A DNA stretch of 55,568 nt, filler included, from Sphacelaria rigidula (lineage: Eukaryota), in the NCBI GenBank assembly GCA_964200075.2. It is 5 parts of 5 records of this genome, joined end to end, with 100 filler letters (N's around TTAATTAATTAA, not from the genome) between each part and the next. Parts side by side here need not be neighbours in the genome. Positions count along the whole stretch, not along the records: positions 44,536 to 55,568 come from CAXNAA020005504.1; 4 more parts are not named here. One strand, 5' to 3'. The position numbers were made by a program, and so were the translations under genes. The notes under the pieces are model-generated. The model did not search any database. It was given only the letters and a program-made list of their open reading frames with translations, and had not been told where the DNA came from. The first letter of the stretch is position 1, and every line of letters begins with the position of its first letter. Shown here piece after piece: positions 47,601 through 55,568 of the stretch.

Positions 47601-47833
47601 AAAGGGTTAAGCGATGATCGGATGCCTCTTTCAGCGATACATATCTCCAAAACGCGTCGTAGTTTCAAAAGACTAACTTTGGTAAGACCTGATCGACAGA
47701 TACGAAATAAACGTGCTTCGGAATTTTCGTCAACAGCCAGTCTGTGAAAATCTGGAAGGAAAAGCATGGTCCATGTCCGAGTGATAGATTGTACGGGTCT
47801 GCCCGGCGGACTGTCCTTGTTTGCAGTGTTCAG

Positions 47834-47835
<2 letters not shown>

Positions 47836-47885
<50 letters not shown>

Positions 47886-47889
47886 GTGT
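47836..47889. repeat. (TG)n microsatellite
   Basis: Directly visible. Confidence 0.97.
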
Positions 47890-48729
47890 AGGGGGGGTGT
47901 AGCGTCACAAATATTGAGTACTAAGGCGAGCAAGTGACTGCGCCTACCTCCAAGTATGGAAAGAAGCAGAAGCATCGAGCTTCGCTCGCACATAAATGTG
48001 GTGCGGTGGTGCGCCGTGCTTTACTGCAAGGGCCCCGTATGGCGGATGAGAATCTGCAGCAAGAGGCCGGGTAAGAACTGAGCCTTGTCTCAACTCGTCA
48101 ACTCTTTCTGCAACGTCGATGTGGCGTGGATATCCCCTCCCCTGGTGGACAGACATCACATGGAGAAGCGGTATGTAGGCTATATAATGCGGGCTCTTAA
48201 ATGCGGCGCTTTTTCGAAGGCCCGTGTACCATAGTTTCCGGAAACGATCGTAGCATCATACCGCCCAGCCAAACTCTGGGTAGTGTAGACAGTATGCATA
48301 TAAAGGAGTATGGATCCGCAGAGACCCACGCGATCTTCGGTTCTTCGTCTGTTTTTGGCCCGAGCGTAGATCTGTTGACGATATGTGAATGCGCATCGAC
48401 AAAGGGGTACGGGGGTTGAGGATAAGGATAGTTACAGGCGTAACTTCAAGGTTTACTGGTCGAGGAATAAAAAAAGAGTACCACAACGCGTTTTTGCTTC
48501 AAAAACACGATTCTTCCGACAACTAACTGGCAGCGAATGGTGTGCCGTAGGGCAAGACTCACGGTGTGTCTTTTTTTGAAAATATACAGACGCCGCGGAA
48601 TTGTAGTCGAAACCGAAATGGTAGATCTCCACACCGGTTGGGGTCAAATCAAGGGCTTTTTTTCTGAGAAGTTTCTGACTCCCGCCGGTGAAACTGTTTC
48701 TGAGAACGCGAATAGCAAAGCTTTGTTTT

Positions 48730-48893
48730 ACGAGTGTCGACGCGGTGCGAGAGTGTTGATAGTCATGATCCAACCCGCGAGACCGAAATGCGAGGCGTGT
48801 ACCGTACCGGGGGACAGAATGGTTGGTCCCATTACAGCACACCACGGAGCCGTCTGGAGGAGGCGGGGTGGGTTGGAAGTATGACAACAAAAC
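48730..48893 (+). mobile_element. SINE family B, 3' part
   Basis: GTCGACGCGGTGCGAGAGTGTTGA..CCAACCCGCGAGACCGAAATGCGAGGCGTGTACC matches 22044-22150. Confidence 0.65.
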
Positions 48894-49260
48894 ACAAGCG
48901 ATAAAATGAAGAAAAAAAGTACAGTAGTACAGTAGTGGTCTCCGCTCATAAAAAACGGGTTTGTGAGAAAATCAGGCCGAGACGTGAAAAAAGAAACAAA
49001 AAAGGTCTTGTTGAACCTCAGCGACCAGAGCTGTACTACGTTCAATACAGTAGGCCGGCCATTGTATTATACCACGTAAGAAACTCGAAATGAGCCTGAT
49101 TTTCCAGTTCTTTAGGGTGAGCGGGTCCCGCAGCAGAACCAGTTCGTCGAGCCGCGGCGTCAATGGCGAAGTCAGTCGTGTATCTCACATCGACAATTCT
49201 CCGAAGGGTCCATCTTCTCATCATCGCCCCATAAAGAAATGTCCCGATATTTATTACCAG

Positions 49261-49344
49261 AGGTACATCAAACTCGAGATTTCCCGGTATACTCCACGGT
49301 AATTTATAGTTGAATATACCGAGAACCTCGAGTTTGAGATACCT
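49261..49344. mobile_element. Minimal MITE related to 6673-6882
   Basis: Inverted termini AGGTACATCAAACTCGAG / CTCGAGTTTGAGATACCT. Confidence 0.55.
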
Positions 49345-52300
49345 CTACTGCGTTTGAATTTAAAAAGTACGTTCCTGGGCAGCAGGCAGGTGTGGCTTGA
49401 GGCAAGACCGGATGTGATAGTACAGGGTGCAACACAAGAGTGTCTGTCTGTCTTACTATCATTATCACGAATCAAAACCAGAAACCGTGAATTGTTTCCA
49501 CTCGACCCTCCGGTGGGAAACTACTCCAAGATGAGAAAAAAATGTCTGCGAAAAAGCAGTTACTACTGTACTAGTACCTGAACAGAATGTTCGCGGGGGT
49601 CTTGCTAATCTCCGTCTTCAAGGAGATGAGATGATATGGTTCGGGAAAGTCGGTGATTGCAGGCGTGGTGCGGTGCCTGGAGTAGATTTGATAGGATAAC
49701 CTGCCCCCTAAATTCATTCCTTCGCCAGATTCAAACTCAACCGTATCCTTCCACTTCGAATTTCTGTGACAGGGTTGAAGTGCTAGAACATTGTATCCTA
49801 CATCCTATGATAAATTAATTCATCCGACGGTGGAGATGGCTGTTCGGGGGGTCCCGCCGTCAAGAGTGCGTAAACAAAAATCGAGCCAGTGTGGTGCCGT
49901 GGCTAGCGGAGATAAGGTACTGCAGGGCACGTGCAGTAACTAACTATACCGTATTTTTTCGCCACATTTGTGGAAATAGAATGAATGGCGTCTTGTTCAT
50001 GCTTCGATTTTGCTTCGCCGTGCTGCAGTATTCGTAGTATTCCACTGTTTGTCCCATGATCTGATTGCCAGATGGGTTGGGTGCGGTGGGTTGTTTGATC
50101 AGATATATGCTTCTTGAGTAGCACTGGCCGACTGATTGATCGACTCTGTGCTTGTCGCACATTCACTGAGCCTCACTACAAAGTATATGTTACTACATCT
50201 ATCCATCCTCTGATTTTCGTGCTACAACACCGTGAGGAGACTAGCAACGTACATGGTACACCGGACGCTACCCGAATCGCAAAGTTACTTTTGAACAGCC
50301 TGTAGCTTAATGACTAGGGGTACACCGAGAGCGCGGTCCACCTGAAAAGAAACACCCCGAAGTACTTGAGATGTCGCAAGGCAAGCTGGCCACGAGAACC
50401 ACAGAGGGAGGCATAATAATGCTCTTGTTGAATTTTATACATGGATATGACATGGGCATCTCAAAGAAATGAAACACACACACATTCGGTAAGTTAAGGT
50501 CGCCTCCATTTACCCGAATCTCGAGTGATTCCCCGTCACAATCTTGAAATTCTTGCGGACTTTCGGGGGTGCAGCGCTAGGGTATTACACGTTCCGCCGC
50601 TACAGTACAGTACTTCGATAGCGGGACCTCGCTGAACTACCGTTTCGAGAGTTGCGGTTGGATCTTCGGTTGCACCTTACAGTTGGGCAGATAAATCACC
50701 GTCAGGGTTTCCGGACTATCCATCCACAAGCAAGAATGGGATAGTTCATGCATGATTGAATATCAATTCGAATTTATGCCCAACAGCGTGCTTGCACACG
50801 CCCTTTCTCTTTGGGGGCAGGGGGGGGGGATACCGCGACAGCATTGTCTACGATTATGTACTGTTCCGGCGTGTGCGGTGTGGATACATCCTGTACTTTT
50901 GGGGAATTACCGCGCGACATTAATGTTGAACGCATTAGTTACGTAAATAAACCTAGGTGTGCACCAGTAGGTACGTACCGAGGTGGCGAGATATTAAGTG
51001 AAGCAGCACGTCATTCAACCCTCCTCGTGCGTGCGTCAGGCGATAGCTCTTCCACAAAACATATTTTTCCCTTGTCCACACCACCGTCATCACTACCATC
51101 GTTCGTCAGACGTAGTAGCAGGTGGCATCGATCGTCCTCGGTGCATGGTGCGGCACACATAGTAAAAAGACAATCTCGTCTTGGGAAAATACAAAATACG
51201 GTGTATCCCGCAGAAAGCGGGTCGTTGCGGTTTTGCCTGATTCCCGCTACTCTCATGTTCCGTTTGCGGGTTAGACTCGTCCCGTGCAGACTACTTCACT
51301 TGGGGCCCTTGGAGCGAGGCCAAAACATGTCTTGTCTCTTACCCGGTCTACTAACGTGGGATTCTTTTTCGGCGTTATTTTCTTGCTCTGCGGAGGCTTG
51401 GACGCAAGCTGCTGCGACGTACAACCAACCTGCCAGTACGCCGTTTTTTCTGATGTACCTTTTCGGGTTGGCAGCGGGATGATGTGTGTGTGGTATCTAG
51501 GGGAAGCCTGAACCTACGTGTTCCTTGCCATCTACCTGTTTTCATCTTGATGTGTCAACATATGAGTACCCGTTTACCTTGGGGTTACTTCTGGCCGCGC
51601 CCAAAACGCAATGATTTCGGGGGTCGAAGACGCTCGGTGAGCCACGCCAACAACACTTCGAAAGTCGTCTTGGTTTGCGCAGTATTTCCGGGATAGAGCC
51701 ACGTCGATCCCCAAGGCTTTTGTCATGCTGGCTGATGTGTGTTGGAGCGTACGCTGAATGTTTCCGTGAAACGGGGAATATTGGAAACGTGATCTGAAAT
51801 CATTCCAATACTATACTAGCGTCAGGTGTAAATACAAAATGTTCGTATTTCCGCTGTACATCGGGATTGACCCTTGCTTCTTCTTCAGCCGACCTTATCG
51901 CGCCTCCTCCCTCCAAAACAACGCGTCTAACTAGTGACTGATTATTCGGATCTCCGGTTCATCGTTGGGATCATGTGTCCCATTAAAAGTAGTCGATCGA
52001 GCACAGACCATCGTGCCTTTTTTGCTATTGCCTTACTCTTATCCCCGCGCCTCTCCCTCTCTATGCAGCACGAGCGCGTACTCTCAGGGAATCAATCCAT
52101 ATCTTCCCTGATATTTGGCTGACGACAGGTTATTATCAAGAGTCGGCTGCCGCAGTCCGTCGACCTGCGCCGATGTTGTTTGTGTTCTCTCACGTTCAAT
52201 CAAAAGGCGACGGGCGTAGGGCTTCTAACCCACGAGGTCCACCAAAGGTGGCCGTTCATGTCCTAGTTGAACCTCCGGAGTACGGCGGAATACATCCTGT

Positions 52301-53594
52301 GTGCTGTATATGGCTCATGATGATTGCAAGGGTTCTCACGAAGGGTTGATCTTTGCCCGCGGTATCCAGGCGGATTTGCGAAATTGCCGCGAGCATACTT
52401 TTCGGTGCTTGTTTAGCCTTTTGTGGCCCTCCATGCCATCTTGCAGTTGGCTGTATTGTAGCACCCATACACTGCCACAGTGTAATGCTGGGTGGGTTAT
52501 GCATGTGGCACAATTGCCTTCAAGTCAGTAATGGATCATGGCATGATCGGAGTGACTGACACTTTCTACGTTAGCCTCCCCCTCCCAAAAGTGCCTGGTT
52601 TGGGGAGGCAAAATCTTCACGTAAACCGATGTGGAAAAAGCAGAGCACAACGAGCAGATGGGAATTCCCACGCTTGCGTTCGTTCTCGTCAATGTCATCC
52701 ATATGAGGCGCTTCATGCAGCCTGAATGCAAACATCAGGCGCTGTATATCCATTTTTTCGTGACACTTTTGGGCTGGTTTGGGGGGGCGGGGGGTATCGT
52801 AGAAACTGTCGACTCGAGAAGCCGGAGATGCAGTAACGTATTTTGGGCGTGAACTGAACGAATGGCGATATTATAGTTTTTCAGGTCTTTCAAAAAGAGG
52901 CGCCGACAGTAGCAGCAGCCTCTCGAACTGTTCGACCTTCTCTCAATGGTGCTGAGTGTGCTATAAGCCTGACATCCACCTGCATGGAGCTGACCAAAGC
53001 GCGTTCGATTGCTAACCCCAAATCGTATGATGGGCGAAACATATTTACCACTTACTGAACCAAACACCTCGTTTTTAATCCGAAACTTGAAATAAGAATA
53101 AAACGTAGCGTGAATTTGCACAGCTTACAAACACAGGTGAAAAGGCATACATTTTTTTTCAAAAGTCTGCACGAAATTAGCAGCGAATACGATAATCTCA
53201 AAGTTTTCAAGAGTCACGAATCTGAAAAAAAAGAACGAAAAGAGACAAGAGTAAAGCGATTTATTTACACGAAAAAGTGAATACCAGTAGACTACTGCCG
53301 AGATAGCCCTCTCCCGAACCGGCCAAAAAATTGTACGGAGGCGATGATCATAAATCCCGTTAGAGCTGGTTTCGTGCTGCACGACGCGACTCATTTGGGC
53401 ATTATAGCTGATTTCGGACTGCTACACGCCTCTCATGTGAGCGAAGTTGCTGCAAACGAGCCCAATAGTGGGATCGAAGCCGGTTGGTCGGACGGTCTCC
53501 GGTGCACTTCTCGTGGGGGGGAGATCTCGGCATCAGTCGGTAGCGCGATGCAGATAACGCCTGAAATATAGAGATATAGATATGTAGATATACA

Positions 53595-53927
53595 TTTGTT
53601 TGTCTCACCTGTAAGCGTTCATCTCCTCGGGATGAGTCCTTGGTCGCAAGGAATCCACTCATCTCTCCCTCAGTGCAAGCCTTACATTCTCGTATCGTAG
53701 CGCGGAGTGGATCATGGCTATCAGCACTTCCGAACCGCGTCGACGGTTGCGTCACAAACTAAGTCAAACAGATTCTTCATGCTACTAATGAATTCCTTAC
53801 GTTCCCACCGACGAAAATCAGCTGCTTCTGATAAAAAAACGAAACTATCAATAGGCGCACCTAGCGGAAATCGAACCCCCGTATTTCCGCCCTAGTGATG
53901 TGGGTTGTACCATTACACTATCGGGAC
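53595..53927 (-). mobile_element. SINE family B, full-length copy
   Basis: The minus strand reads GTCCCGATAGTGTAATGG (box A)...GGTTCGATTTCCG (box B). The body matches 22020-22150 and ends in a GACAAACAAA tail. Confidence 0.7.
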
Positions 53928-53934
53928 TCGGCGG

Positions 53935-54232
53935 CTAGGTACGTATGTATTGCCACTTAACCTGCAACTGAGGTAGAAACAGCACCACATATTGTACCTT
54001 AACCGCTGCACCATCCACATATGGTACCTCAACTATACCCCAACCACATACTGCACTTCTACTACACCTTAACCTCATGCAGTACCTTTGTCGGTATTTC
54101 AACCACATACTGTGCCTTAAGTGTACCCCAATCACGTACTCCACCTCTATTATACCTTGTCACTCACCATGCTGTACCTTAACAGTTACCTCAACCACGT
54201 ATGATACCCCAACCACGTACTGTACCTTAACG
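53935..54232. repeat. Degenerate tandem repeat of CAACCACATACTGTACCTTAAC-like units
   Basis: About ten imperfect copies are visible; they yield the repetitive VKVQYVV ORFs. Confidence 0.75.
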
Positions 54233-55568
54233 ACGGGCGGTGCAAGCGACGCCTCTACTCCCGCCTTTCTGGTGTCACCCACCGCTGGTTCTCCCTTGGC
54301 TTTCTGTGCTCCAATTCGCGCGGGGCGGGCCAGGCCCGCCGCCGCGCGCCGCATCTAAAGCAACGCNNNNNNNNNNCCCCCCCTGTTGCTCCGCCCCTCC
54401 GGCGACCCCCCGTTCCCCCACCCCCCCCCCCCGCCAAGGCGTGAAAAAAAAAGGAGTGAAAGTGGCAGCGGGATCGAAGGTGGAGATCTATAAACAGTTT
54501 TTTTTTAATAAAAATGCATGCGAATGATGGCGCTGCACGTAAAAAGGTGTTTGGGTGGGCAAGGTGAGTATATCTCGTATGCTTATACGGTATATTAGCT
54601 CGCGGGGAGATAGTTGAGCTACTGTCCCGTACCCTGGTACAACACATAACACACCAACGGCTTCGCACAAACTAAAACGATATGCGCAGTTTCAATACTA
54701 TCAACAGCAAATCTCGGTAAGTACCGTTCCAATTCTTGAAAGGGAAATGCGTTTTGTAGAAGCAAACGCTTCGTCGTGGGACGGGGAGGTTGGTCACTGT
54801 GCTGTTACCTGTATATAGAGCTGTACAATAGAAATATATATGAGCACCAGAGACCTTGAATATATAGAAATTCTTGTTATGCGCTTGAATTATATACTTC
54901 GAACGACATGTACGTGTATGTGAAAAACAATATTGAGAGCCGTGGAGCTGCTCTTGGTGAACCATATCTCTGGACGCATAGCTCAACGCAACTCTGCACA
55001 AGCTAGGCGTTAATTATTTTCGGTGTATTTCTTCATACGAGTTGGAGCACGTATAAACAGCGCGAGAAGAGAAAGCGACTTGTTCGCCTGCTCATGTTCT
55101 TGGTTCCGTTGGCTTGGAGCTGTGTGCATTATTGCCGTCGTCTTGTCTATGTGAACATGTGCGTTGAGAACTATAGATTGAAATGACAGGTACACAACGT
55201 GCTGAGTAGAATTCTGTATATGTCTATATATATATCTCATTTTTCAGGAAGTACAAAAACGTTATTCTATGTTCAAAAGGTTCACAGGCGAGTAGGTAGC
55301 GCCGCTAATGATGATTTAGGCTTGGGCATTGGCGGCAGCATCTAAATCGCCACTTTGCTATTTGTCCCCCGCCCCCGTATATCTTGCTGCCCTGTTATTT
55401 TTCACATTAGCCCCTTTCCGGAAATCTAGCACCCGTGATCACAACGTCATGGCACAGGGAGACAAAAATACACACAAAAAAAAAAAAAAAGAAAGGAAAG
55501 GGAAACACGGCGCCCCGAAGAGCGGGGAGCCATGGACATGGCGGCAAAAAAAAAAAAAAAAAAAAAAA

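Noticed and set aside
50811-51482. 223-aa ORF in contig 5
   Set aside because: Non-ATG start, no recognisable motif, and no convincing splice context.

Overview
Eukaryotic, intron-rich and repeat-rich DNA; probably a stramenopile and most likely a brown alga (inferred from gene structure and repeat content). The window is not one locus. It is five unlinked contigs (1-11035, 11136-22169, 22270-33302, 33403-44435, 44536-55568; 11035, 11034, 11033, 11033 and 11033 bp), apparently size-sorted and joined by 100-bp N44-TTAATTAATTAA-N44 spacers. Contig 1 holds six phase-consistent internal exons of proteasome activator PA200/PSME4 (minus strand). Contig 2 holds the last two exons of SNAPc subunit 3 (minus), a truncated Copia element and a long-TIR MITE. 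Contig 3 holds mago nashi (four exons, minus) and, 3.1 kb away and divergently oriented, the first exon of a gene that looks like Y14/RBM8A, Mago's obligate exon-junction-complex partner. This head-to-head pair is the most notable observation. Contig 4 holds the last two exons of an unidentified, probably membrane, protein and a 60-bp minisatellite. Contig 5 has no confidently identified gene. Two tRNA-derived SINE families, several MITEs and repeat families anchored on G/C tracts are scattered throughout. All protein assignments come from recalled motifs, not database searches.
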